DNA from: Clostridiales bacterium
GTDB taxonomy: Bacteria > Actinomycetota > Coriobacteriia > Anaerosomatales > SLCP01
Assembly: GCA_018333995.1 (NCBI GenBank)
Contig: JAGXSG010000021.1
Coordinates: forward strand, 7,723 to 71,722
Direction of reading: 5' to 3'
Length of the DNA: 64,000 nucleotides
Shown here piece by piece: positions 28,236 through 37,629 of the stretch; within the stretch, counting starts at the first letter, position 1; each line of letters begins with the position of its first letter. The translations under genes were made by a program, and so were the position numbers. Under the pieces are notes generated by a model. It made no database searches, was not told the origin of the DNA, and saw nothing but the letters and a program-made list of their open reading frames with translations.

Positions 28236-31200
28236 CTACTCTACCTGTGCACGCACCTGGTCGCGCGTCTGCTGAGTAAGCACGGAGGTACCGCCGAGAA
28301 AGCGGACCTCGTCGATCGCGTTCCTGTTAGCGGCAAGCGCGTCTCCCGTCACAGAAGTAAGGCTCGCCGAGTGAGTGAGAAGCATCACGGACCCAGCTTG
28401 GGCCTGCATAACGCCGCCAGCAAGCGCGTCGGGGAAGTTTTGCCCGGTGGCGAGCGCAACCCTAGTCCAGTCCAGCCCTACCGTCTCGGCAAACTGCGCG
28501 ATATCGACCGCCGTCGAGTAGCGGTCGGCGCCATAGCGACGCTCGACCTTAATCGCCCCGAACGCCGCCGCGAGCGAGTCGTACGACAGCGCGCTCACCG
28601 CGCCCTCGCCGCCCAAAACGATGACCCTCTTGACTCCGTGTCCCTTCATCGCCGCGATGGTCGCGGCATTCACCGCGTCAGATGTGTCGAACAGGTAGAG
28701 CGGCCACCCCTTTGCGGCGGCGATAGGCGCTGCGGCAAGGGAGTCAGGAAACGTGCGGCCTGTAGCGACGAAGGCGGTACCGTCCCAGCCAGTGTTCTCT
28801 GCCACAATACGCGCGGCGATCTCTCGGGCGGTCTCGTAACGGTGCGTCCCCTGGAATCGTTGCACGTCAAGACCCATCTGTGCGAGCGTGCGCGACACGG
28901 CGCTATCGACGGCCGCGCTGCCCCCGACGATGACGACCCGATCAGCCCCGAGACGCACGATCTGGTCGCGAGCTTCCGCGGACAGAAACGCTCTGCGCGT
29001 CAACAGAAGGGCCGCCCCACGCACGCCGGCTAGGCCAGACGCCGAGAGCGCGTCGGGAAACGACTCGCCCGAGGCGAGCACCACAGTGCGCCTGCCGTCA
29101 GGTCCTCGCGGCATCGGGCTGGCGGGAAACGCGATCGCGGTCGCGCGCGCGGCGGTCGCGTACCTGTTCGCACCCGCGACCTCGGTAAACGCTGGCGGCA
29201 GATCGAGCCGCACCTCACGCGTGCCCTGCGACGAGTTGCCAAGGGAGTCAGTTGCCCAAAAGTGGATGGTGTGGACACCCGAACGCGATATCACGATATC
29301 CGCCGAGGCGCCCGCGACCGGCACCCAAGGAGCACTCGGATCGAGGCGGTACGCGAGGTGCGCCACATGTCCTGCGTGCGAGTCCGCCGCCGCTATCCGG
29401 ACAGTGCCTGCGAGCGGTTGCTGCGAAACCACCGTTGCGGTGACCACAGGTGCGGTCACGTCGACACGTACCTGGACCGTTGCCGCGGCGCTCCACACAT
29501 CGGCGTCTCTGGCACGCACGTACACGGTATGGGTTCCGCTCGGGACGCCGCTCAGGGTGGCCGAGGTCTCCGTCGTCATCACCTCGAGGGCGGCTGCGGG
29601 GTCAAGCGAGTACCAGTAGCCCCTGATACCGGTGCCAGACGCTTCCCACCCAAGCGCGATCGAGTCGTTTCCGTACCACGCAGTGGAAACCGGATGGCTC
29701 GTTGAGCTCAATGCGGTTATCTCGGGCGGAGCGGGCGCGCCTGGTGAGCGCAACACGACCTCCATCGAGCCTGACCGCTCGTTTCCCGCACGGTCGGTCG
29801 CACGATACGCAAGCTCGTACGTCCCAATCGCATCGAAGTACAGCGTTGACGAGGTTCCCATGACCGGCGTCCATACGCCACCGCCAATGCGGTACTCAAA
29901 CCCGGTAACGCCCGAATGCGCATCGGAAACTGACAGGTTCACCGCGACGGGTTGCCCCTCGTAGATATAGCCGCTTGCATTGATGTCGTGCGAGAAGACC
30001 GGGGGCGCGGTATCGACACGCACTGGCAGAGGATCACTCGGCGGCCCCCACTGGCCCCACACGTCAAGCGCTCTGACCCGCACATACCACTCACCGCTCG
30101 CTTGCGCGGTCACGCCAGCGGAAGGGGAGCTCACGCCACACATCAGTGTGGTCGGCGGCACCGCTGCAGGAGAGGCATCAAGCACGTACGAGTACCCGAC
30201 GATGTACTCCGGGTTGCCGGCGTCCCACACGAGGCTCACTGCCGTTTGAGACTTCCACGCCGACGGGTCGGGATGCGACGATGAGACCAGGCCTGTGACA
30301 ACAGGCGGAGGTGCGGCGAAGTCAGCGCGTTCCCACGTCGCGCCATCGCTCGAATACAAAATGACGCCAACGCCGCCCACCGCCACGGCCTCAGAAGTGC
30401 CTGGACGCGCGGCGATTCCCCTGAGATCGAACGAGGAGACGGCCTGCGCGCTCCACGACGCGCCACCGTTGGTCGTGCTGATGATCCTCCCCGAAGGCCC
30501 TACCGCCCACGCGCGGTTCCCGTCGGACATCGCGACGCTCCTCAAGTCGACGGTCACCCCCGTCGCCGTCGCGGTCCATGCATCCCCGCCGTTCACGGTG
30601 CGCCACGCTCTGCCGCCCGCGCCCACGACCACGCCCGCGCTCGACGTTCCAAACGCGATGCCAAGAAGCGGTCCAGCGTTCGCGAACGCGGTCTTGTCCT
30701 GGGATTGCCACTGTCCAAACAGCCTGGTGACCGGATCGTACGCTCGCGTCCACACGAAACCGTTGTTGGCGACAGGAGCGTCACGGTTGGCCTGGTAGCG
30801 ATCGTGTCCAGCTACCCACGCCCTCTCAGGACCCGCCGCGCCAATTCGGACATCCACCGAATAGAACTCACCCATGCCGAGGAATACCGGCTCATTGTGC
30901 GTAATGGGGTCGAGATACTCCCTGGCCTGGAAGAGCGTCGCCCACTCGCCGTAGAGGACGGGCGGGAAGCGCCGGAACATAAGCGTTGCGGCCGATGACG
31001 ACGTTCCCTGTCGCCCCGCTGCAAGTCCCGTCATCCCTTCACCGCCGGAGAGGCTTTCGCTGATCACCGCAAGATCGAACACCGCCCCGGGACCCTGCGA
31101 AGGGAAGATGCTCTGCGCTGTTCCGGTCGAACCGTGAGGGTACGCCGGTGCCCACGTCTTGCCACCGTCGGCAGTGTGAAAGAGCACCCCCGCGCGTGAG

Positions 31201-31514
31201 ATCGTCCATCCGCGATTCGCGTCGATAAACGACACTCCCGTCAGTTCATGCGTGCCACCAGGCATGACGGCCGCCCGCACCCACGTCCCCGGCTTGCCGC
31301 CCTCAGTCGAGCGCACGACCGTTCCCGAGGACCCCACGGCAACGACAAGCTGGCTGGTCGCGTACGTTACCGCATTGAGACTGGCCGAGGTGATTCGCAC
31401 GGTGGAAGCGGTAACCGCATGGGCCTCCATTGGGGTGGCGAGCGGAAACATCGAAAGCGCGAGCGCCCATGCGAGAAGAACTCTCGCGGAAGCATCCATC
31501 ACGTGATTCAACAT
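28236..31514 (-). CDS. Cell-wall-anchored surface protein: BNR/Ycf48-like propeller repeats, Ig/FN3-like modules, 3x CWB2 cell-wall-binding repeats
   Basis: Signal peptide ending MEAHA; repeated GG-x-x-W motifs (ADGGKTW, VNGGDAW, TNGGASW, SDGATW); C-terminal triplet GANRYATAA...SGESFPDALSA / GTHRYETAR...TGRTFPDSLAA / GADRYSTAV...TGQNFPDALAG. Confidence 0.75.
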   Translation of the reverse strand: MLNHVMDASARVLLAWALALSMFPLATPMEAHAVTASTVRITSASLNAVTYATSQLVVAVGSSGTVVRSTEGGKPGTWVRAAVMPGGTHELTGVSFIDANRGWTISRAGVLFHTADGGKTWAPAYPHGSTGTAQSIFPSQGPGAVFDLAVISESLSGGEGMTGLAAGRQGTSSSAATLMFRRFPPVLYGEWATLFQAREYLDPITHNEPVFLGMGEFYSVDVRIGAAGPERAWVAGHDRYQANRDAPVANNGFVWTRAYDPVTRLFGQWQSQDKTAFANAGPLLGIAFGTSSAGVVVGAGGRAWRTVNGGDAWTATATGVTVDLRSVAMSDGNRAWAVGPSGRIISTTNGGASWSAQAVSSFDLRGIAARPGTSEAVAVGGVGVILYSSDGATWERADFAAPPPVVTGLVSSSHPDPSAWKSQTAVSLVWDAGNPEYIVGYSYVLDASPAAVPPTTLMCGVSSPSAGVTAQASGEWYVRVRALDVWGQWGPPSDPLPVRVDTAPPVFSHDINASGYIYEGQPVAVNLSVSDAHSGVTGFEYRIGGGVWTPVMGTSSTLYFDAIGTYELAYRATDRAGNERSGSMEVVLRSPGAPAPPEITALSSTSHPVSTAWYGNDSIALGWEASGTGIRGYWYSLDPAAALEVMTTETSATLSGVPSGTHTVYVRARDADVWSAAATVQVRVDVTAPVVTATVVSQQPLAGTVRIAAADSHAGHVAHLAYRLDPSAPWVPVAGASADIVISRSGVHTIHFWATDSLGNSSQGTREVRLDLPPAFTEVAGANRYATAARATAIAFPASPMPRGPDGRRTVVLASGESFPDALSASGLAGVRGAALLLTRRAFLSAEARDQIVRLGADRVVIVGGSAAVDSAVSRTLAQMGLDVQRFQGTHRYETAREIAARIVAENTGWDGTAFVATGRTFPDSLAAAPIAAAKGWPLYLFDTSDAVNAATIAAMKGHGVKRVIVLGGEGAVSALSYDSLAAAFGAIKVERRYGADRYSTAVDIAQFAETVGLDWTRVALATGQNFPDALAGGVMQAQAGSVMLLTHSASLTSVTGDALAANRNAIDEVRFLGGTSVLTQQTRDQVRAQVE

Positions 31515-31623
31515 GCGACACACCCCTTTAAGTAACGCCGGTGCGGTGCCGGCCGCACAGTACGAGCACATGGAGCACCTAACATGCACACATCAGCAAA
31601 CGACATGCCCCGCATCCGGCCAA

Positions 31624-33225
31624 TCATCCGTCTGCGTCCTCCGGGTCTCTAACAGCACGGTCCCCGTCTGGGCGTGGCGCCGAGTACGCGAACTCCTCAA
31701 CGAATCCGGCCACGTCAAGTACATCGATGCCGCTCGCGGCTGCTACCGCCGCAAGCGATGAGTGCTCGGTAAGTAAGACCCGGTGGCGCCGAGCGAGCGA
31801 GAGCGTCGCCGCGAGCTCAGACCCGAGTTCGAACCTCTCATCGAGCGCGGTCGCATCGGGATGCGAGTACTCAGAGACCTCCGCGGTGGGACCGGGACGG
31901 CGACGCGCTCCATCGGCGGTCTCGGGGGTCACGATGAGGCGCACCGGCCGCCATCCCCTCGAAGCCTGGGCAACATCACGAAGACGGTCGAGCGCCTCAC
32001 GGGAGGCGACGACACGCACGGTCCGGACGAGCGCGAGTAACGCGATTGGCGAGAGGAGAAATGGTGCCGCGATCAAACCGTACCAGCTCGGGCCACCCGG
32101 CCACGCCAAAGGCACGCGAGCGTCCGGAGGGGCCCACTCGAACACCTGAATTCGGGCGTTCCCGGTGTCCGCTACGTAGAGAGCGTCCGCGCTGACCGCG
32201 ACATCGTTTGGAAAGGACAGGCCGCCGGCTCCCAAACCGGGGCCTCCGATCCGTCCGAGTTCCGTCCCGATATCGTTGACAAGGACGACCTCGTGCGAGA
32301 ACGCGTCGACGAGCGCGAAGTGCGGGCGTCTTGCCTGCTCGCTCGGCGGCAAGAGCTCAACTCCCCTGATCAACCTGCCAAGGGGAATCGAACGGACGAT
32401 CGAACCGTCCTCGTCAAGCTCTACGAGACGGCGGCTGTTGCTGTCGGCAACCCAGGTGCGCCCGTCACGCGAGGCGATCCCGTTGGGGTGATCGAACCCG
32501 CCTGGGGTGCCAGGCAGCACGGCTGCAGGCGGTGACACGCCGAGCACCTCACCGGAGCGGTCAAGGTGCCACACACGGTGCCCTGTCTTGGCGGTATCCG
32601 TCACGTGAATCGAGCCATCCTCGGCAAACGCGACCGCTACAGGAGCCCACTCAACCGGCTGGCTTTCAGCATCAACCGGCGTGATCGTCTCGACGAACGA
32701 GCCGTCGAACGCGAACACCATTAGGGCACCTATTCCTCGATCAACGACGATGATCTGCTCGGCGGCCTCGTCGCACGCGATTCCAACCGGAACCTCTAGC
32801 CGCTCTCCTCCAATGGCGCGCGCCGAGATACCCGTGCCCTGAAACGCTACGACGTGCCCCGCGAGCGAGTCGGTGACAAAGACCGTTTCCCCTGCCACGC
32901 ACACTCCCACCGGACGCTGAAGAGGCAATTCCTCCGTCCCGGTGAACTCGTAAGCGAAACGAGGTGTCGCGATGAGCGCGCTTGCCGCGTCAGCGATCAG
33001 CTGCGGTGCCACCTCCCCAGCGAGCAACCGGCGCGCATCCGCCGAAACACCCGCAACGCCCAGTGCGAACGCCGCACATACCGCTACGACCAGCCGTCTT
33101 CGCCTGCGCCGCACTCCTGTGAGCCTGGAGGGGGGGCGGGCGCGATCATGCGCTGATGCGCGGCGGGTGGTCGCGTTCACCGGCTCACGATCCAGCGATC
33201 GCCTTGGCGGCCTCGATGATCGCAC
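31624..33225 (-). CDS. Bitopic NHL-repeat beta-propeller protein with second TM helix and cytoplasmic PIN-like (degenerate) C-terminal domain, paralogue 1
   Basis: Arg-rich N-terminus + TM, NHL-type repeats (VADSNSRRLVELD, VADTGNARIQVF), TM WYGLIAAPFLLSPIALLALV, about 150-aa C-terminal domain; a GTG at 33180 would avoid overlap with the upstream gene. Confidence 0.65.
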   Translation of the reverse strand: MRSSRPPRRSLDREPVNATTRRASAHDRARPPSRLTGVRRRRRRLVVAVCAAFALGVAGVSADARRLLAGEVAPQLIADAASALIATPRFAYEFTGTEELPLQRPVGVCVAGETVFVTDSLAGHVVAFQGTGISARAIGGERLEVPVGIACDEAAEQIIVVDRGIGALMVFAFDGSFVETITPVDAESQPVEWAPVAVAFAEDGSIHVTDTAKTGHRVWHLDRSGEVLGVSPPAAVLPGTPGGFDHPNGIASRDGRTWVADSNSRRLVELDEDGSIVRSIPLGRLIRGVELLPPSEQARRPHFALVDAFSHEVVLVNDIGTELGRIGGPGLGAGGLSFPNDVAVSADALYVADTGNARIQVFEWAPPDARVPLAWPGGPSWYGLIAAPFLLSPIALLALVRTVRVVASREALDRLRDVAQASRGWRPVRLIVTPETADGARRRPGPTAEVSEYSHPDATALDERFELGSELAATLSLARRHRVLLTEHSSLAAVAAASGIDVLDVAGFVEEFAYSAPRPDGDRAVRDPEDADG

Positions 33226-34072
33226 CCTTGTGCTCGGCCGGATTGTCCGATGTCGTGTAGAACTCGAGCAGAATCAAGATGCCACGATCGGTCATCCCGA
33301 GCCGGACGTAGTTCGGGCGCGTGCCAACAAACCCGTCGAGCGAGCCGATCCTCACGTCTTCACCTGACGTCACGAAGCGTTCACGTACCCGCTCACCGAG
33401 CATCTGTTGCGCCTGCTTTGCGTCTTTGAACTGTTCGACCTCGACGGAGAGTTGAACGATTGGACCGCTATTGACAGGCATGTAGTCACGGAACAACACA
33501 AACGGATCCGACACGAGCGACTGTCCCACGAAGCCGGGAATCTTGTCCGGCACGTAGTGAACGAGGTTCGCGATCGGACCCACTACCGGGCTGCCCTCAC
33601 CAGGAGGCGTCCCACCTCCGCCGTCGCCTGGCCCGGGCGACGTGCCGGACGTGCCGCCACCCGCAGCGCCGGTGGAGGTGCCTGTGCCCGCAGCACCGCG
33701 CTCTCCCCTGATCTCGGCGAGGCGCCTTCCGGCGCTTCTGTACTCCGCATCCAGCTCTGCCATCTCGGCCAACACCCGCTCAGCCGCTTCGAGATCGCCT
33801 GCGGCACGTGCCTTCTCAGCAGCTTCATCGAGCGCCGCGAGTTTGGTGTGAAGGTCACACGTGATCACTCGTGTGGTCACGCCATGCTCGGCCACTTCAT
33901 CAGCGGGCACCTCACGCTGCTCGACAGTGTCAGAAACGACGTGGCCCTCGGTGCAAAGAACAATCTCGCCTGACTCCACCTGCACCATCTTGCGACTGCA
34001 GCCGGGCGCAAAGGCAAGGGCCCCTGCTACCGCGATAGCGAGGATGATCGGTGTCACTCGCCTCATTGACAT
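33185..34072 (-). CDS. Lipoprotein of unknown function with Gly-rich linker
   Basis: Lipobox-like AFAPGCS after a signal peptide; low-complexity GAAGTGTSTGAAGGGTSGTSPGPGDGGGGTPPG; 295 aa. Confidence 0.6.
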   Translation of the reverse strand: MSMRRVTPIILAIAVAGALAFAPGCSRKMVQVESGEIVLCTEGHVVSDTVEQREVPADEVAEHGVTTRVITCDLHTKLAALDEAAEKARAAGDLEAAERVLAEMAELDAEYRSAGRRLAEIRGERGAAGTGTSTGAAGGGTSGTSPGPGDGGGGTPPGEGSPVVGPIANLVHYVPDKIPGFVGQSLVSDPFVLFRDYMPVNSGPIVQLSVEVEQFKDAKQAQQMLGERVRERFVTSGEDVRIGSLDGFVGTRPNYVRLGMTDRGILILLEFYTTSDNPAEHKGAIIEAAKAIAGS

Positions 34073-34094
34073 CTACCTCCTGATGTACGCGGGG

Positions 34095-35615
34095 CTAACG
34101 CTCGGCATCTGGCTCGGGGCGTCGCGATTTCCACGCCGCATGGGCGACAAGCGTGACGCACGCGACGGCGACGGCGGCAACCTGCAGTGTGACTTCCACC
34201 GGCGCAAACACGATATTCGCATACTCGGTGCCGTAATCGTGCTGCAACTCCGGGGGGATCCACGGAATCCACGTCTGGATCGGTGTGAAGCGCACAGAGA
34301 AGTACACTGCTGCGGCACAGACGCCCGCGACCGCCGCCGCCGCTCTCCCGCGGCGTCCGAGCGGACGTGCCAACGTAGCAGCCAAGAGGATCGCGATCGC
34401 CAACGCGAGCCATCCACCCGTCGTGCGAAACCCTTCCAGAACAAACTCGGCGTTAAATGCGGCACCCTCGCCTGTCCGGCCCGTGACCGTCACCGCGACC
34501 CCCGGCGCCACCAAACCGGCAATCGCGAACACCGCCGCAATGAGCGCGAGCGCGTTGCGAGCGAGCGACGCACGCATGTGCGCCCAGACTGGGGCATGCG
34601 TCGCCGTGCCCGGCACGGGAATAAATGCCGCAACCACCGCCGCGCCGATCACCAACGTCGACCACCCGGCTGCCTCAAGCAGAACCGGTCGCGGGCCGAA
34701 AACCCCCGTCGCTTCCTCCACGAACAGAAGAGCCGTGATGAGCGGCGGGCCGACAAGAAACGCGGTCCCCGTAAAGCGGGTTCCCACCGTTCGCGTCACG
34801 TGCACGGCGAGCGCGAACATCAGTCCGCCGGCCGCACCGTACGAAGCGACAGCTGGCGAGGGCGCAAGCCCGGTGAGACCGCCTGCGCCCGCGAACGTCC
34901 CTACCGCGACAGCGGCAACAACCCCGCTGATGGCCGCGGGCAGGTACACGCCGCGTTGACCGTGCTTCTGTGCGAGTCGCGCTAGGGTGTACGAAGCGCC
35001 AACGAACAGCACACCGGCAAGCAACATCGCGACTTCGCGATCGGGATACCTTACGAGCAGAGAAAACGAGCTTGGCCGCTCCCAATTACCAAGAACACCC
35101 ATCGCTCCGGCCACCCCGAGCAGAGCCGCCGCGGCGTATACGGGCATGCGGGAGGCAACCGCCCCAATGAGCAAGAACAGCGCGCCCCAGATCGCCATCG
35201 TCCAGAATGCCACCACCGCGCCGGGCGGCACGTCACTCGCACGGTTGGCCACCACAAGCGCTGGTGCGGCCGCCGCGCCGAGAACACCGGCACACGCGAC
35301 GAACGCCCCATCGCGCGCGCCAAGCGACGTCAAGTCGCCCGCACGGGGCATCCCTCCAAATACACCGAGAAAGAGTAGCGCCCCTACGGTAACCGCAGTG
35401 ACGAGCTGCGCTGTCGACGCATGCGGCACCACGGCGGTCTGCAACACAAACGCCGCCGTAGCGCACAGCGCGAGGACAAGCCACACGCCTGCCGCAAGCG
35501 GCAGCGCGGCCTTGAGGGGCGGGACATAGCGGGGAGGGCCAGGCGTGGCCCGGCCCTCCCCTCGATTGCGCTTGGCGCGCTTACGATCATGCGCAAATGT
35601 CACTTGTTGTGACAC
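34095..35615 (-). CDS. Polytopic membrane protein (about 12-14 TM), unknown function, in the FDH operon
   Basis: 506 aa, almost entirely hydrophobic Ala/Gly/Val/Leu-rich segments; start overlaps the stop of the hexahaem gene (GTG at 35615 or GTGA overlap at 35603). Confidence 0.6.
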   Translation of the reverse strand: MSQQVTFAHDRKRAKRNRGEGRATPGPPRYVPPLKAALPLAAGVWLVLALCATAAFVLQTAVVPHASTAQLVTAVTVGALLFLGVFGGMPRAGDLTSLGARDGAFVACAGVLGAAAAPALVVANRASDVPPGAVVAFWTMAIWGALFLLIGAVASRMPVYAAAALLGVAGAMGVLGNWERPSSFSLLVRYPDREVAMLLAGVLFVGASYTLARLAQKHGQRGVYLPAAISGVVAAVAVGTFAGAGGLTGLAPSPAVASYGAAGGLMFALAVHVTRTVGTRFTGTAFLVGPPLITALLFVEEATGVFGPRPVLLEAAGWSTLVIGAAVVAAFIPVPGTATHAPVWAHMRASLARNALALIAAVFAIAGLVAPGVAVTVTGRTGEGAAFNAEFVLEGFRTTGGWLALAIAILLAATLARPLGRRGRAAAAVAGVCAAAVYFSVRFTPIQTWIPWIPPELQHDYGTEYANIVFAPVEVTLQVAAVAVACVTLVAHAAWKSRRPEPDAER

Positions 35616-36748
35616 GACTGGCAGACACCCCGGTTGTCCATCCGGAGAAACGCGTTCTTGGTTCCCGGATCCACTGCGCCCACACCCGTGTCAGGCTCAG
35701 GATCCGTGGAGTTCCACACATTGGCGTACCCTGTCATCTCCGCGTCGGAACCGTGCGCGCGATGACACGTCAAACAATCGATCCAGTCAGTCGCGCTGCC
35801 CTCAGGAGTCCAGCCGCCAAACTCTTGAGCGAGCGGGAGCGCCTGGTCGGTGACTATCAGCGAACGCGGACCCTTGTAGTTGCCGAGTTCGACGTTCACC
35901 GGATGACGGTGACGTGTCACGAACCCGAACCCGTCGTTCGCGTCGTACACGCTCGAAGTCGCAAGGTCTGGACGGTGATACTGCGTGTGGCATGCGGCGC
36001 ACCATGCGCTGATGCCACGAGTGGGATCGTTGCCGGGAGCCTTGGCATACATCGGCGACGTGTAGTTGGGCTGGTACAGGCCCATCTGCACCGCTCCGGG
36101 ATCGTGAAGCAACCAACCAGAACCGGGGTAGTTGACCTCATTTGAGATCACGTACGGGTTCGGCACGTAGTTGCCCGGGGTCGGCTCCGTGTAGCCGCCA
36201 ACCGTCACACCGTTGACGACGTCTTTAAGGAGCCGGTAGTTGGAGCTGCCGTGCACATCGTGGCACGAGCCGCATGTCATCACGATCTGGTTGCCGTAAC
36301 CCGTCGAGATGATGCCCTCTCGGCCTGTGGCGCCACCGCCCCACGCACCCCATGAACCGCCAACATAGGTATGCTTGTTCCTGCCAACGACATGGTCACC
36401 AAACGCGCCGCTGTTCAGGCCCATACCTGTTGTGCCAAAAGCGGTTCCTTCATAGACACCGTCTACCACATTGGTGTCCGCACCCGCGGCCGCACCGCCG
36501 TGGCACGTGAAGCAGAACTGATAGAGCTCGGTCGCCGTCGAGAGCAAAAGCGCGCTACGACGATCGCCGTCCCGATTCGTCCACGTGATGCTGCTCGCGG
36601 CCGTGTGGGCGCGGTGACAACCGGCGCACGCGTCGGTATCCATCGAGTAGCCACCATGAACACCGAAGTTCGCTAGAGCGACACTTGGGGCGATCAGGAG
36701 CACGGACGCGACCACGGCAAACGCAAGCACTAGTGACAACTTCCGCAT
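35600..36748 (-). CDS. Secreted hexahaem c-type cytochrome encoded with the FDH
   Basis: 6 CxxCH (CAGCH, CFTCH, CGSCH, CAACH, CLTCH, CQSCH); signal peptide MRKLSLVLAFAVVASVLLIAPSVALA; SD GAGAGGTG; N-terminal haem site homologous to that of the 24662-28129 cytochrome. Confidence 0.8.
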   Translation of the reverse strand: MRKLSLVLAFAVVASVLLIAPSVALANFGVHGGYSMDTDACAGCHRAHTAASSITWTNRDGDRRSALLLSTATELYQFCFTCHGGAAAGADTNVVDGVYEGTAFGTTGMGLNSGAFGDHVVGRNKHTYVGGSWGAWGGGATGREGIISTGYGNQIVMTCGSCHDVHGSSNYRLLKDVVNGVTVGGYTEPTPGNYVPNPYVISNEVNYPGSGWLLHDPGAVQMGLYQPNYTSPMYAKAPGNDPTRGISAWCAACHTQYHRPDLATSSVYDANDGFGFVTRHRHPVNVELGNYKGPRSLIVTDQALPLAQEFGGWTPEGSATDWIDCLTCHRAHGSDAEMTGYANVWNSTDPEPDTGVGAVDPGTKNAFLRMDNRGVCQSCHNK

Positions 36749-36753
36749 TCCAA

Positions 36754-37614
36754 TCACCTCTCTCTCACTTCGGCTGGCTCTTCAATGTTTGCTTGACGGC
36801 GTGCGATCACGGCAAGCAACCCGCCAGCGAGCAGGGTCGGCACTAGGGCCGCCTTCGCGAACGGTCCGTTCAACAGGTTCGACACCATCGGTGTGATGTG
36901 GTCTTCGATGAACGGATCAGCTTTTGGCTGGATGATGACTGCCTTCTTGCTCGCCCAGTACACGTTTCCGTCACCTTGCGCCGACACGTACCCGTTGGCC
37001 GGGTCGTTGATGTAGGCGCGGATGCGGGAACGAGTATCCCACTTCATCGCCTTGGCGGGACAGGTGTAGACGCAGCTCGGCTCGTGATCCATCTCGGCGA
37101 CGTGTGCTGAGCCAGGTAGATTGTTGCCGTTTGAAGGAAGCGGTGTGCCGTACGACCTGCCGCGTTGCGTGGTCGCGGATGCGATGGCAGCAGCGGAGCC
37201 GGCTCTCCCAAAGCACATCGTGCACTTCCATGCTTTGGCGGAGGCGAACTCGTCGCTTCCCACACCGATCTTCGGGTAACCGGCCCGGTTGCAATCCAGC
37301 TGACACTGACGATTACAGCGACTCGGATCGCAGCGATCCGGATCGATGGAAACCGCGCCATTCGCCTGCTTGGCAAGCGCCCCAAACGGACAGCGCTTCA
37401 CGCAGGGTGGATCAGGACAGTGCCAGCAACTGAAGCGGATGAACGGACCATTGTCGATCCGCTTTTGCGACTTGATGATCACGCGCGAATCGGGCGCGAC
37501 CTTGTGTATGCCGGGGTCGTCAGCCTTCATCCTCCACGTGCGCTTGCAACTCAGAACGCACCCGCGACACCTCATGCACTTGTCGACATCTTGGAAGATC
37601 GCCATCTCACTCAT
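36754..37614 (-). CDS. fdhB: 4Fe-4S ferredoxin-type beta subunit (FdhB/FdnH/DmsB-like) with C-terminal TM anchor
   Basis: Cys clusters CMRCRGCVLSCK, CWHCPDPPCVKRCP, CDPSRCNRQCQLDC, CTMC...CVYTCP; C-terminal helix AALVPTLLAGGLLAVIA; SD AAGGAGGTG. Confidence 0.8.
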   Translation of the reverse strand: MSEMAIFQDVDKCMRCRGCVLSCKRTWRMKADDPGIHKVAPDSRVIIKSQKRIDNGPFIRFSCWHCPDPPCVKRCPFGALAKQANGAVSIDPDRCDPSRCNRQCQLDCNRAGYPKIGVGSDEFASAKAWKCTMCFGRAGSAAAIASATTQRGRSYGTPLPSNGNNLPGSAHVAEMDHEPSCVYTCPAKAMKWDTRSRIRAYINDPANGYVSAQGDGNVYWASKKAVIIQPKADPFIEDHITPMVSNLLNGPFAKAALVPTLLAGGLLAVIARRQANIEEPAEVRER

Positions 37615-37629
37615 CGTTCACCACCTCCT

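Noticed and set aside
33590-33690. Gly-rich GGx-coding stretch as a DNA tandem repeat
   Set aside because: It is low-complexity coding sequence of the lipoprotein linker with no regular nucleotide period.
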